A stretch of DNA of 64,000 nt from Selaginella moellendorffii (taxonomy: Eukaryota > Plantae > Lycopodiophyta), in the NCBI RefSeq assembly GCF_000143415.4, contig NW_003314342.1:581569-645568 (forward strand). The letters are read 5' to 3'. The position numbers were made by a program, and so were the translations under genes. Numbering within the stretch: position 1 is the first letter of the stretch; each line of letters begins with the position of its first letter. Below, piece by piece: positions 41,401 through 54,519 of this stretch. The notes below the pieces were generated by a model. The model ran no database searches. It saw only the letters and a program-made list of their open reading frames with translations, and was not told where the DNA came from.

Positions 41401-43336
41401 CTGGAACCTACCACCACCAATTCCTCGCCATCGCTGCTAGCCCAAATTGGCAAAGGTGTTCCCCAGAACCTACTCCTGCTGACCGCCCAATCTCTAGCAT
41501 TCTCAAGCCAATTATGAAAACGTTTTTCCTGAAAAGCCAAGGTCAGTAAAAGTTATAAAATCCTAAGGAACTTCTTACTTTCACAAAATCTGGAACCCAG
41601 TACGTTTCAGCAGTATTTTGCAGCAATCGGTCTCTGAGCTCCTCGACCTTCACAAACCTGGAAAATAAAACTCCTTACTTCCGCCACAAATCTATATACG
41701 AACTTTACCAGCTTGGAACAGCTTTGTAAATCAGCGGTGTCTCTGATCGCCAGCAAAAAGGATAAGAGTGCCTTATACTTCCCGAATTTACGAGCCTTCC
41801 CATCGCCTACTCAGCATTAGCAGCATTAGCAGCATTGGAAATTTACAGTGAAAGCACAAGGCAAACATTTTTACCTTGATCATGGCAATGATGTCCTTGT
41901 CAGCAGATTTTACATGACATCCACTAAAATGCGTCACTTTGTCGGTGAAGTTGCCATTCAAATCGACGGGATCTGGCAAGTCGCCCCCCTGAAAACGTAA
42001 GAACGTGAGTATAAAACCAGGATCTAAATCGAAGTCGCAGACCTTGGCTATAATACCAGCCTCCATGCAGACACGGTAATCGTCCTCTCCAAAAGCGGGA
42101 GCACAGTGCACGACGCCTGTGCCACTGCTTGCAGTTACGTAGTCATCTGCAACCACACGGAATGCAGTATCTGACAGCTCCAAAAAATAGTTAAACAAAG
42201 GTTTGTATCTGCATGAAGATTGTGTTCAAGAAACGAGTAAAACTGGGAGAAAAAAAAAAAGGCATACCGTTTTCCAACTAACGCCGATCCTGGGAATTTG
42301 CTCAGAATCTCATAATCGCTTTGACTTTCTTTCTTGCTACCCTTATCCGCTTTAACTTTCACGGTGGGCAGAGAAGAAAGCAGTGGCTCGGCCACTATAT
42401 AGACAGCCGAGGTTGATTTGCTTCTCACCTGGAAAAGCAAGACAAAGAGAATCTAGAACAAGTCAATAACATATAGTCTGGGCTTACTTTGACGTAGTTT
42501 AAGCTTGCATTCACGCAAAGTGCGATGTTACTGGGAAGCGTCCAGGGAGTCGTCGTCCAGGCAACCAAAGCGGCATTCTCGCTATCATCCAGGAGAGGGA
42601 ACGCCACCATGATCGCTGGATCGTCAACTTCCTACCGTGCACCACTAAGTTAGTGACGATCTTAGAAACTTCACTCGACGAACCTTATAGTTTTGGTTTG
42701 CTTCAAAGTTTGATAGCGGGGTCGTGCACGCTGTGCTGTATGGCATCACCTACAAAAGAAATATTAACAACAGAGCAAAGAAAGAGAAATAGTTCTCACC
42801 TTGAAGCCACGATAAACAAGGCCTTTCTCAAACAATTGCTTGAACACCCACCAGACTGACTCCATGAACTCCGGATCCATCGTCTTATAGTCCTTCTCGA
42901 AATCAATCCATCGTCCCATTCTCACCACCGTCTTCTCCCATTCCCTGCTATATCTCATCACGATGCTCCGGCACTGCTCGTTATACTCGGCAATTCCCAT
43001 CCCCTGGATCACATCCTCCCTCCGCTTGATCCCAAGCAAACCATCCACTTCGTGCTCCACAGGCAAACCGTGGCAATCCCATCCAAACCTCCTCGTGACG
43101 TGAAATCCCACAGCGCTCTGGTACCTGGTAACGATGTCCTTGATCGTCCCGGCGAGGATGTGGCCGTAATGCGGCAATCCCGTCGCGAAAGGAGGCCCAT
43201 CGTAGAACACATACTCCGGCCGCCCCTCGCTGCGCTTGAGCTGCGTCTGGAACGCATCGAGCTTGCTCCACAGCTGCAAAATCTCCTCCTCCTTCTTGGG
43301 AAACGAGAAATCCTTGCCCTCCGGCACGGACTCCAT
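38483..43336 (-). CDS. IARS: Cytosolic isoleucyl-tRNA synthetase, many exons; exact stop uncertain
   Basis: [14 protein letters not shown] (HIGH), [61 protein letters not shown]. Confidence 0.95.
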
Positions 43337-43369
43337 CGCGCCGCGCGACGGTGACGACGCAGCCGAGCT

Positions 43370-43392
43370 AAGAACCCTAATTAAAACCCTAG
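43370..43392. promoter_or_regulatory. Telo-box-like motifs in the IleRS leader; similar motifs at 18763, 51323 and 52604-52625
   Basis: agaaccctaa and aaaaccctag just upstream of the ATG; telo-boxes are known near plant translation-related genes. Confidence 0.45.
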
Positions 43393-43805
43393 AAATTCCT
43401 CGCGCTTGCTTGGGGGGATTGTAGCGCCCTGTGTAGTGGTAGATTGATGGCACTGTGATGTGGAGGACGATCATAGCTAGCGATCTTTGGCAAGGCTCCC
43501 TCTTCTTCTTCTTCCAGCCAGCGTTGCTAGCGCTCTCTAGCCCACATTGATAGATAAAAATCCCTGCATTTTTTTCCTTCCATGGAATGGCTATCCATTT
43601 ATCGATCTAAGTTTTCACTCACTAGCTCCTTCTTCCATGATTGAGAGATAGACACGTCCAGCTCTAGCTCTCTCCAGAGATCATAGATTTTCCTTATAGA
43701 ATGGCCATAGGAGCGGGCACAAATCACACCTCTGCTCCAACTTTCCTCGATCGATCGAAAGTTTTGGTTTTTCCGATCGATCGATCGATCCGGGGGCTCT
43801 AGAAT

Positions 43806-44692
43806 CTAGAACTGGCCGCCGCTAAAGGTCTGTCCAAACTGCCAGTAGTCTGGAGCGACATCGTAGGCCGTGATCTTGTTTCCATCGCTGGTGGTGACCT
43901 CGAAGGACAAGCTCTGGCCAGTGAGATCCCCGCCATCTTGCCAGTTTTGGCCCCAGTTCCTCGTCATCGGCCGCCACCCGGTCTTGGATCCCTTGATCGA
44001 CACCGCGCTCACGTCCCCGGTGCCGCCAACGTTCTCGATGAGCACCAGATTGAAGTAGACGTGACCATTGATCGTGAATCGAAGGCCTCCATCGCGCTTG
44101 CAGCTCACTCTGGAAGAAATCGAGACAAGTCAGTGACAAATTCGAGAGAGATCTCGCAAGAATCATGGAGAGGATGGATTGACTACCTCCGGTATTGGAT
44201 TGGGACGTGACCATTGAGAATCACGGCGATGAGAGCGAATGCCGGCTGCGCGAGATCAAAGTGTTGCTTGGGAGAATCACACCATCCTCCATTGCTTCCT
44301 TGCGGGCACAGATTCGTGGCAGTGACAACAATGGAAGGATTCCCGGCGAGGCAGCCAGAGTCGCCCCAAGAACACCTCACTTCGAAGCAAGCTCCGCAAA
44401 CGTGACCATCGTTAAACAGTGGGGCGCTCAAAGCAGTGGTGAGAACTCCATAGCCAGCGCTCAGCTGGTTTCCATAGCCACACGCGCCATCTATCACGGA
44501 AGTAAAAAACGAGAGATCAAAATCATTGGAACCTACTGTTCGTAAGAACTTACTGTTTGTTCCTGATGCATCACTTCCTCCGTAGTAAGTTGCGTGAGCT
44601 CCGTCGGTCCATCCTTCATCGCCACGGATTTGGCGAGCTCCAAGGAAGAAAATGGAGAGAAGAAGGCCAGTGGCCCGGGAAAAAATTTCCAT
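43806..44692 (-). CDS. EXPA: Alpha-expansin with 2 introns
   Basis: [70 protein letters not shown]. Confidence 0.95.
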
Positions 44693-45270
44693 GACCGCTG
44701 ATCACTAGTTTTGAAACAAATAAACGGAAGAAGTGTTCTTCTGTTGGAGCTTCTCCAATCTGGTATCAGTTATTTATACTCGGGAACAAGATCGCAACTT
44801 CCTTGGCCTCAAAGTTACGGACCATATTTCGAGAAAAAAAAGAAAAATCAAATGAGCCGCAGTTTGACACAAGCCGTTTGGAACATGCCGGGTTCCGAGC
44901 TGAAAACTGACGACTTTTCGTCAGATTCCCAGATTTTCAGATTATTTATTTAGTTATTTCGAGAAAAAACGAATAGCTACAGTATTTGACAAGATAAAGC
45001 GCCAAAATAAAATTGAAAAAAAGAATTTCCTGAGCAACTTTTAGCGGAGTTCGGGATGAATGCTACTGTGTTGCTGCTGGGAAGCACAAAACGTCCGTGA
45101 AGCACTTCCACTGCAGCAGCCTTTTCAGACTGAGGAACAGGAGAGAGAAAAGTTGGTACACTTGAAATCATCCCCTCAACCGACGTGAAAGCATGCCTGC
45201 GAGGCAGAGCTTGCTCCTGCTCCCTGACACAGTTTTTGTCGCAACCAACATCCAACGAGACGAGGGAACA

Positions 45271-46105
45271 ACTATTTGCCACTTTCAACAGGTCCTCTTA
45301 ACCAACGGGGGTTGAAACTTTATCACTTTGAAAAGTTCTGTGGGGTTTGTCCCGGAATCGCATGTGGAAGGGTGGGGTCCTTGCTTGTTCCTTTCTTCAT
45401 TGGTAAACATCGCCATGGCTTTTTAAGCAAGTGGATTTTGCGGTGATTCTTGTTGTCTAGCATGTGGTCAAGGGTCAGCGACCCCATTTACTAGTCAACC
45501 CGAGGCACAATTATTTGACTGGAAGTACTGACCACCATTGCACCTTAGCAATCACAGAAGAGCATTCTTTCCAGGCAGAAGGAAGTTTGGCTTATATATA
45601 GTTGAAATTAACCTCATTTGTGATCAAGGTTTAATGGTAATACTCTTACTTGTGCAAGAAGATCTCATGTACACTCTTGCTAAACAAGCAAGAATAAAAT
45701 GCCACTGTCCCAAAGTTGATGGGTGAATTAGAGAATGAGTTAGAGCAACTCCAATATATGAGCAGACCATAACTTGATTATAGGGCGAGAAGCTGGATGG
45801 TGTCTTTTATAAGGTGGTTCACCCTTTGCAACAACCAGCTATAGGTCCATTTTTAAATTTTCAAATCTGCCAAAAAGCAGAACTTAATACTCATTAACTC
45901 TAGCTCTATCAGTGAAAAGCTGGATGGCATGTTTTATAGGGTGATAATCAACCTTCATGACAGTCAACTCTAGATCCATTCCAAAAGCCTCTCCCAAATT
46001 TTAAAATATGAAATAGTCATTCACTTCAACTCCAAATATTGAGGACCCTTATAGAGATTTCATGAAAACTTATTGATTTAACTTTAGGTTAGCTTTAAAT
46101 CATTA
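45271..46105. repeat. ~0.83-kb diverged direct repeat, copy A
   Basis: Collinear with 47590-48437 from actatt..actttcaaca..gtcctcttaaccaacgggggttgaaact to agctttaaatcatt. Confidence 0.85.
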
Positions 46106-46114
46106 ACTCTGTGG

Positions 46115-47587
46115 TGCGGAAAATCACAGTAGTGAATGCTCTTGCTGGAAACTTCAAGAACTTTTGGTACAAGACTTCAGTAAAAAAAAGAGTAAATGGA
46201 GCCATAACACTGCATGTTGTCAAAAGAACCTGGACAGCTCGAAGTCATTGACCCGATACAACATAGAGAAAAGAGCACTTACACTGTACAGCGTTGACAA
46301 TGCGACACAACAGTCATGGTCTCCAGTACGTCCTTTCAACCTCTTGCGATTGAAACGAACGTAAATGTTTGTAAAATTATCAATAAACTTGAGAAGATAA
46401 GGAACCACCTGTTTTAAATAGGTGAACTCCATATATACAAAATTTTACTTACGGTGTATAGTCCCCTGATGAATTCACAAGACTTTGAGTAGAAGAATTT
46501 ATCCACCAATCCAGCGCGTTGTACCACGGAAGGAAAACATCTCTCACCTGAAAAATACACGTTTGTTCTTGATGATAGAAACGAAACCATTATCTTACCA
46601 CAGCATGCACCCCTCCTTACGGAATTTAAGAGGCTCTGAACTAACTACTGGCGAGTTTATGAGATACAATCGAGAAACATTACAACTGATAAACGCTCAC
46701 GTATTAAAGTAACACTTACTGCTCCATAGTCGTGTATAACGTCCATGGGAGGTGGATAGTTTTTCAACTATTTACTCATCTTCTTTCCGCTTCAGCAAGA
46801 ACAAGGCCATTGCAATAAATATATTCTGAGGGCAGGCTTGTCAAACAAAGCAGTCAACAAGACCATTAAGGTGTAAAACCTGCAAAAAGAAGCAATAATA
46901 AGCGATCGGAAGCATATTGTGTAGCGACTTGTACCATCCACGAGTTTGATCAAGGCCTTTAGCAACAAAATGACCAGGAAAGTTTTTATCGAAAAGCTCG
47001 CAATTTTCGAAAGGATAATGCGTATAAGCGTAAGGCATTGAACCGCTTTCAAACCAGCAGTCAAAAACCTATAAAAGAAGAAAGAAAATAAAACATTCCA
47101 CAACAGATTGAACTACTCACATCGTCAACTCGGTGCAAAACACCATAGCCAGTTTTAGAAGGAATAGTTATATCATTAATAAAATGCCAATGAATATCAG
47201 TTGCCTTCTTTGAGAAAAATAATGCAGAGCAAAAAAAAGATGAAATAAGCATACCTTATGACCGGATAGTTCCTCCAATTCCTTTCTGGAACCTACCACC
47301 ATCAATTCCTCACCATCACTGCTAGCCCAAATTGGTAAAGGTGTTCCCCAATCTCTAGCATTCTCAAGCCAATTATGAAAACGTTTTTCCTGAAAAGCCA
47401 AGGACAGTAAAAGTTATACAATCCTAAGGAACTTACTTTCACAAAATCTGGAACCCAGTACGTTTCAGCAGTATTTTGCAGCAATCGGTCTCAGAGCTCC
47501 TCAACCTTCACAAACCTGGAAAATAAAACTCCTTACTTACGCCACAAATTTATATACGAAGTTACCAGCTTGGAACAGCTTTGTAGA
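46115..47587 (-). pseudogene. Intron-retaining duplicate of the middle of IleRS (source ~40077-41728)
   Basis: High identity to the source exons and introns; TAG in KMSK* (46768-46770); 24-bp deletion of AVSRSRFW; other deletions. Confidence 0.93.
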
Positions 47588-47589
47588 GA

Positions 47590-48437
47590 AACTATTCACC
47601 ACTTTCAACATAGTCCTCTTAACCAACGGGGGTTGAAACTGTCACTTTGAAAGTTCTGTGGGGTTTGTCACGGAATCGGAATCGCATGTGGTAGGGTGGG
47701 TCCTTGCTTGTTCCATTCCTTTAGTGGTAAAACATCTCCATGGCTTTTTAAGTAGGTGGATTTTGCGGTGATTCTTGTTGTCTAGAAAATTACAGTTCTC
47801 AAATATTCACTTCTCTTTTTATGAAAGAAGATGGAATATTGGTGTCACCGATCCCATTTACTAGTCAACCCTAGGGATGCGAAGTACTGACCACCATTGC
47901 ACTTTAAGAAGAGAGTTTGGCTTTTATTAGTCAATCTAACAGTTGACTTTGTAATCAAGGTTTAATGGTAATATTCTTACTTTCATATAGCATGTACACT
48001 CTTGCTAAACAAGCAAGAATAGGCCAATCCAAAGCTAATGGATGCATTAGAGATCTAGTTAGAGCAACTCTAATCTTTGCGCAGACCATAACTTAATTAC
48101 AAGGTGAGAAGTTGGATGGAATCTTTTATAGGACCCTTGCAAGAATTATCTCTAGATCAAAACTAAATACTAAATACTCATGTCATTGACTCCAATTCCA
48201 TCAGGGTGAAAAGCTGGATGAGGGTGTTCACAAGGGTGTTCACTATAGTCAGCTCTAGATCCATTCCAAAAGTCTCTCCCAAAATTTAAAATTTAAAATA
48301 GACTCTAACTCCATCTTTGCTGCTTGCGGAATATTGAGGAGCCACCCCCACTCTTATAGAGATTTTATAAGAGAATACATAGAGCATTAACTAATTGATT
48401 TAAGCATGTAAATTTTATATTAGCTTTAAATCATTGA
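47590..48437. repeat. ~0.83-kb diverged direct repeat, copy B; short third piece at ~50605-50640
   Basis: See copy A; gtggtcaagggtcag..cccatttacta recurs at 45465 and 50607. Confidence 0.85.
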
Positions 48438-50026
48438 AGAAATAAAAGAAAAAAAGAAATTAAAAAAATTATTAATAAATAACTAAAGAGAACAATTTAC
48501 CCATAAAGATTTAAATATAAAGGAAAAGGACCTAACAACAAAATGTGTTTTTGGGTTTTAATAGTATTGGGTTGGATAACCTCTTGGAAAGTCCAAATCC
48601 AAGAATTTACAATAGTAATAAAGAAATTAAAATGATAGAGAACTATGTGTATAAAAGTAGAAGTAAATAGATGTAATGAAATAAAAGTGAGAAGAATGAA
48701 AGAGATATAAGAAAATGAGGAGAAATCTCAAAATTACACATGCTTAATTTGATCTACTAACATATTTTACTTCCCAAAAAGCAAGAAGCTCTAGAAAGGA
48801 AGACCAAATTGAGTTAAATGGCTCATGATAAAGACAATATAACTATAATTATCAACATATCCAAATATGCATATCAAAACATTTAGGAAAAGATTCCAAT
48901 TTGCATAAGTGGTTGCATTTAAATTATTATACCACTATAACTATTGTTAAATACCTAACATCCCTATGAATCCCAAGAAAAAATATTTAACTAAGTGTGA
49001 GAATTGATAATAAGAGCAAGACAAGCTTCACCATACATAGTGAATGTGACAATCAATTGAGCCTGATTATTCAATTATAACTATATATTATCAAGTAATT
49101 AAATCAATTGCTATTTTAGAATTAGAGAAAGGAGGATGAAAATACACTGCTCTGCCATAAAAATGAATAAAAAGAATTAAATTTAGATGATGAAAAAGTC
49201 AGATTTAATGCTTGGATTTGTGTTTTTTGTTTCCTCAAAAGACAATCAAAGCTACCTTGCACTGCCATATAGAATAATAACATTAACCCAAAACCTTAAA
49301 TTATATATAGAAGTTGGATTGTATTCAATCTGATAACTCTCGAATCCCACTTTGTTAATATCATATATAGCATTTTACTGAACCTTACACCATAAAATTT
49401 AAAATATGGCAAACCATAATTGTTGTAAAGTAAAATAATTCTTTATGCCTGTTTAAGAAAGATATTTGCTATATAGGTTAGTGAAAGTTCTAAAAATGAT
49501 CACTAAAGATCACTATCAATATTTTTATTTTAAAATGTTTTTCAAGTATACATAGTTGATTCCTTCTTAGAAAATAACTATTAATTATATAATTTATAGG
49601 TGTTATAATATGTTATAACTTGTGCTATTTTATATTACAGTAATTTAATATAAAGTCTGATAAAAAAAAACTTTTACAATTTATAGTCAAGATCAATGTC
49701 AGCTAAGTAAAAATTTAATATATTTTCAACTATAGAGTTTATAATTGGATAAATTTAAGAAAGAAGTACATATGATCAGATTGTTTTTTTTTAATTTGCT
49801 AATTAAAGTATTAGTTTTAGATTTGATGAAAACTCCAATTCCAACATGTAACTAACTTTTAAATGTTTCCAAAACTATTTTCAAGCTTTCAATTCAATTT
49901 AGAATAAAATAAAAGAGAATCTTCAACTATAAAACTTAGGTCTGTCTATACATAAATAAATATTAGAACAGATATTAGAATGACTATAAATTTTACAAAC
50001 ACAATAGCTAAATGCTATAGTAAGGA

Positions 50027-50413
50027 ATGGAGAGTTTAATTATGATACTTTCAACAATTGTTTTGGCTTTACAAATGATTAATGTGGAATCAGTATGATA
50101 TTTATATTTTTACAACTGATGTTCTCTTTTATCTAGGATTGTGGTGGATTAGGAATGTGCAAAAATCTTGATGCACTTGAAGCTGGGTAAATTAAAAATA
50201 GAAACACTAAATGGTTGTATTTCAAATGACGATAACAATCTTGTGGCTGCGAAAAATGGCAATTACCGTGATTCTTGTGGAAAGCCATCAGTTAATGGAA
50301 CCGTTATAAGTGTAGAATGCACCAAAAAAGACGGGACTAAAAACACAGGAACAATTGATTTAAACCAAATTATGACAGCAAATAGTTATTCATTACGCTT
50401 TTGTGACTGCTAA
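50027..50413 (+). pseudogene. Secreted cyanovirin-N homolog (CVNH) lectin, copy 1; intron 50093-50136; apparently frameshifted
   Basis: Signal exon MESLIMILSTIVLALQMINVES; exon 2 DCGGLGMCKN then frameshift into TLNGCISNDDNNL..NGNYRDSC..ISVECTKKDG..TIDLNQIM..SLRFC, a CVNH pattern. Confidence 0.72.
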
Positions 50414-51039
50414 TTAATTTTAATTCTGGAGTTGAAACTGTTCATTAGAAATAAATAAAATTTTGCGTTGAATTTTAAAATTTAATAAAAACTGTTTAAT
50501 ACTGTAAGTTGTTATTAATTTATTAATCTGGACAGTACGAAAGTTCACACCAAAATAAGAAAGAAATGTTGGGTTGGCCATACGAGCACTACTGGGTAAG
50601 GGGCAAGTGGTCAAGGGTCAGAGAACCCATTTACTAAGGTTGCACAAGGAAGATTAAAAACGATGAATGGCTCAGATTTAATTTGAATTACCGCCAGGAT
50701 TTAGGTTATAGGACGTCAAAAACCAGTACCGGTGACTTAAACCAGAAAATGCTCTCGTAAGCAAGTATAATGTGCATTGAAACCAGTTGCAAAATTGTTT
50801 GCTATCTGTGAACAGCGACTAGCGATTGTGTACAAGCATGCGTCAGATCGGTGACACCAACTGCTTGGCAATCTTTTGATCCGTGGTATCTGTGAAACGT
50901 TCTCGCAGAGTCATGGTTTCCTGCCAAAGACATGTTAGCAGCCACTTGTTACCATGAACTTCCGGGTATGAATCAGTTGCTGCGACTATGATCAACGCGA
51001 AGGGATGGATTAGGTCAGTTGGACTTCCTCCGATGGCTA

Positions 51040-51335
51040 TCGTCCATCGCCTCATTCTCACCATTCCCAGCTATATACTCGGCAATTCCCATCCCTTGGA
51101 TCCGTTTGATCCCAAGTATACTATCCAGTTCGTGCTCCACAGGCAAACCGTGGCAATCCCCACAGCGCTCTGGTACCTGGTAACGATGTGGCCGTAATGC
51201 GGCAATCCAGTCGCCAAAGGAGCTTGAAACACTCGAGCTTGCATCGAGCTTGCATCGAGCTTGCTCCACAGCAAAATCCCCTCCTCCGGCGCGCGACAAT
51301 GACGAGCTAAGCACCCTCATTAGAACCCTAGAAAT
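51040..51335 (-). pseudogene. Degenerate copy of IleRS exon 1 and leader
   Basis: [19 protein letters not shown] and QGMGIAEY fragments with deletions; matches ~42910-43396. Confidence 0.88.
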
Positions 51336-51352
51336 TTTGTGGGCGTTTGGCT

Positions 51353-51659
51353 ATGGCGTCGGGTTTTGGGATCCGTGGTTTTCGTGGGCGTTGCTACGAT
51401 CTCTTCATGGATTTTCGAGAGTGTATGACGCATTGCACGATCCCGCAAGACTGCACGGAGCTCCGCGAGGATTACTACGAGTGCCTGCACCACGCCAAGG
51501 AGGTCCGTGCCCCTGCTCTAGATTTTTAGGGCTCTTGCCATTGAATTGTTCTTCCAGCTCAAGCGCTGGTACCGGATCGACAAGGAGCGGCAGCGCCAGG
51601 AGAAAGAAGCAGCGGCCAAGGGAGCAGGCGGCAAGGAGGAGGAGGAGCACAAATCGTGA
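51353..51659 (+). CDS. NDUFS5: Mitochondrial complex I 15-kDa subunit (iron-sulfur protein 5); intron 51503-51557
   Basis: MASGFGIRGFRGRCYDLFMDFRECM..C..LREDYYECLHHAKE|LKRWYRIDKERQRQ; twin CX9C. Confidence 0.9.
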
Positions 51660-51737
51660 AGAACAATAAACCCGTGTGAGATTGATCCACCGAACGATCT
51701 TCTAGCAAGAACAAAATTTCGAGCTTGTGTTTGATCT

Positions 51738-52583
51738 TCATTCGTGCTTGGCGACCTTGCGCACAGACTTGCCATGGAGCGAGAACTTCTTGGTGGAAGC
51801 GAGGTAATTCTCCAGCAGTGGCTTGAGCACGGTAGCGTCGGCTTCCATCCCCGCCGCCTTGACCACATCGATTGCCGCGGGGATCACTGCCTTCTCCAGC
51901 TTCCTCCTCTTCACGCTTCCATCCGAGCTCTTCTTGATCTCCCGAGAGATGAGCTTCCGCCACCTCACAACCTTCGAGAAATCCATGGAAATCTTGCCCT
52001 CTTCTTTCACTGGCTCCTTGGGTTCTTGTTTGATCGCGCCATTCTCCCTGGAAGAATTCTCATTCTCCTTGCCCTCCCTCTCGCGCTTCTTCCTCGCTGG
52101 CATCTCTGCCGGATCTTTCGAGAGTTCTTGCTGGATCGGGCGCTCCTCCTCTGGATCCTTGGACTCTTGCTCGATTACGGCCTGGGCGGCGGGGGGGTTC
52201 CTGGCGGCGATGGCGGCCCTGGCCTTGGATCCATGGCGCTTGCTCTGGCCATGGACGAGCAAAACTTCCCTACCTGTGGCCTTGATGTGACACAAGCTAC
52301 ACGACCATGGCGGCCGGGTTGACAGCCCCATGTTGACAATCTCCTCCGCCACTGCTCCGCCATCCCTGTTCTTCCCATTCTTCTTCGCCGCCGCCGCCAC
52401 GCCCTTGGGACCGTATTTTTCTACCTCACTCACGCATTGTGTGTGCTGCTGGACCGATTGGCGATCGAATTTTGCCCCGCAGTCAATGCAAGAGAATCCG
52501 GAGGCGCGGCAGCGTCGAAAGTGATTGGGGAGGCTGGGCTTCTTGAGATTGTCGTCGCAATCGTCACACTGGAACCACACCAT
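51738..52583 (-). CDS. LYAR-type C2HC zinc-finger nucleolar protein with U1-like zinc finger, single exon
   Basis: MVWFQCDDCDDNLKKP..HFRRC..FSCIDCG..HTQCVSEVEKY; WSCSLC..HGQSKRH; RWRKLI C-terminal domain. Confidence 0.9.
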   Translation of the reverse strand: MVWFQCDDCDDNLKKPSLPNHFRRCRASGFSCIDCGAKFDRQSVQQHTQCVSEVEKYGPKGVAAAAKKNGKNRDGGAVAEEIVNMGLSTRPPWSCSLCHIKATGREVLLVHGQSKRHGSKARAAIAARNPPAAQAVIEQESKDPEEERPIQQELSKDPAEMPARKKREREGKENENSSRENGAIKQEPKEPVKEEGKISMDFSKVVRWRKLISREIKKSSDGSVKRRKLEKAVIPAAIDVVKAAGMEADATVLKPLLENYLASTKKFSLHGKSVRKVAKHE

Positions 52584-52784
52584 GCTCCCACACAACAAGA
52601 AAAGCCCTAAACCCGTGAACCCTAAAACCTGCCTAAGGATTTATTAAAATAAAAAATACTTAAACACAATTTATTTATTTTATTTTAGTTTAAGAATTTA
52701 TAATCCAAACATTTAGCTTCAAATTCAGAACTATGGAAGCACAAGATTTTGAATGCAAAATGTCTAAAGAGAAGAAAATCAATA

Positions 52785-53184
52785 AGTGCATTGGAATAAA
52801 TATTTGCTATCATAGTTTGGTTTAAATTCACTGTTCAAGTGTTTTTAGTTTTATCATTTTTGGTGCATTCTACATTTACAACAGTTCTATCAACAGATGG
52901 TTTTCTTAAGAAGCATTTAACCACTAATTTAATTTCCCTTTTTAACCACTATAAAATTGCTATCATCATTTGCAATCATTTAGTGTTTGTGTAGTTGCCT
53001 CAAACCTATCATCCTACTAAGTATTCATTCTAATATTTATGCATATTCCAAGTCCACCACAATTCTAGATAAAAGAAAACATTAGCTATAAAAGTATAAG
53101 TAAAATTTAAAATCCTATTCCTTCCACATTGATCAATTGTAAAGCCAAGAAAGCTATCATAAATATTGCTATTAAGCTCTCCAT
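52785..53184 (-). pseudogene. CVNH copy 2 (not in ORF track)
   Basis: Reverse strand reads MESLIAIFMIAFLALQLINVEG, same acceptor cttttatctag, NCGGLGICIN..TLNDC..KPSVDRTVVNVECTKNDKTKNT*TVNLNQTMIAN; stops and mutated donor. Confidence 0.8.
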
Positions 53185-54519
53185 TCCTACTATAACATCA
53201 AATTATTGTGTTTGCAATATTTAGAATCATTTTAATGACTTTCGAAGCATGTCCACTAGTTTTGTAAGAATTTGAAAGGGCTAAACTTTAGGTAATTATA
53301 ACATGGAATTTTGTTCAAATTTAAAACTATTACTTTATTTGGGAATTTTTAAAAGGCTTGAATTGCTGGTCTAATGAAGACATTGATATTGCATTTACTT
53401 CTTATTGTTGTTTCTAATTATAAATTTTACATGTGAAATCATATTAAAGTATGTTAAGACCTAAACAATAAAAGTTAATGCTACCAACATTATATATAAA
53501 TAAGTCTTAAAGATAAACCTATTTGTATGTAGGAATATTTTTGGAGAAAATCAGGTCAAAATAATTAACATAATATCAATCTTAATCTATACTACTGTTA
53601 TATGGATGCTATATGTATAGATTGTTTTGTTTTAGATCATTTAGATCATTGTTAGATATCACATAATTATATACCTAGAAAATTATCATTACCATCAATT
53701 ATGATTTTTTTGTTAATTATGTAATTTTATCATGTTTATATATATAGAGAGTAGTTGGACATTTGTGGAATAATGCATTGTGAGACATCCAGATTTCAGT
53801 GGAAGACATAGTCAATTATCTAGTGGTGGGCCATTTGGATCTTGGTACTACAACTCTCAAAGACCCATCATCCTTGGACATTTGTGGCAACAATTATATA
53901 TGGATGACAAAGGAGAAGTAACAAAGTTACAATCTTGAATGTGATTGATGTTGGTCAAAACTTGAGTGAAGTGGTGGCTATGGCTCAACTGGATCCTGGT
54001 GCTCTATGAGCTCAAGAGCCACTTCTTTTACTGGAAAACTCATATGGATATCAATAGAGTTATATAGAATTTTTGAGCTAGAAAGAACTGGATTTGGCAT
54101 CTTTAGTTGTGTGAGGAGGAATTGTAGAGCATTCTTTTGTGTCCCTTCACTATAAGCAATTGAAAGAAAGCCATTCTCAAAGGTACTATAAAAACTATAT
54201 TCTCTTCCAAATTGGACATTTTAAAGATCTTGAGAATTTCACCTAGATCAATTACCTCCTTAATAAACATAATAATGCACAATAGATAAAGGAAAAGTTG
54301 GGGGCAAAATTATCCAATCTGTGTGAATAAAAATGATTATATTACATTGCAAAGGCTAAGACTCCTCTGTTGTGTAAGACTACAGAGGCAGCCAGTGAGC
54401 TTATGGACCCTTGCTCATTTTTCCTTATTACAAACCCTAAATTTGCTTTTTATATGATTGTATTAAATGATGACTTTAACCTTTTCATGATCTATAAACT
54501 CTGCAAACCCTAAATTTGC

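Noticed and set aside
45271-48437. Intact LTR retrotransposon or TRIM
   Set aside because: No TG..CA termini, PBS/PPT or TSD recognised; the internal part keeps host introns
48440-49900. Possible LINE-like relic related to 57700-58000 and 63400-63990
   Set aside because: Similarity too weak to separate from AT-rich background by eye
53750-54060. GGYGSTG resembling dUTPase motif 5, within a weak internal repeat
   Set aside because: Other dUTPase motifs absent and frames full of stops
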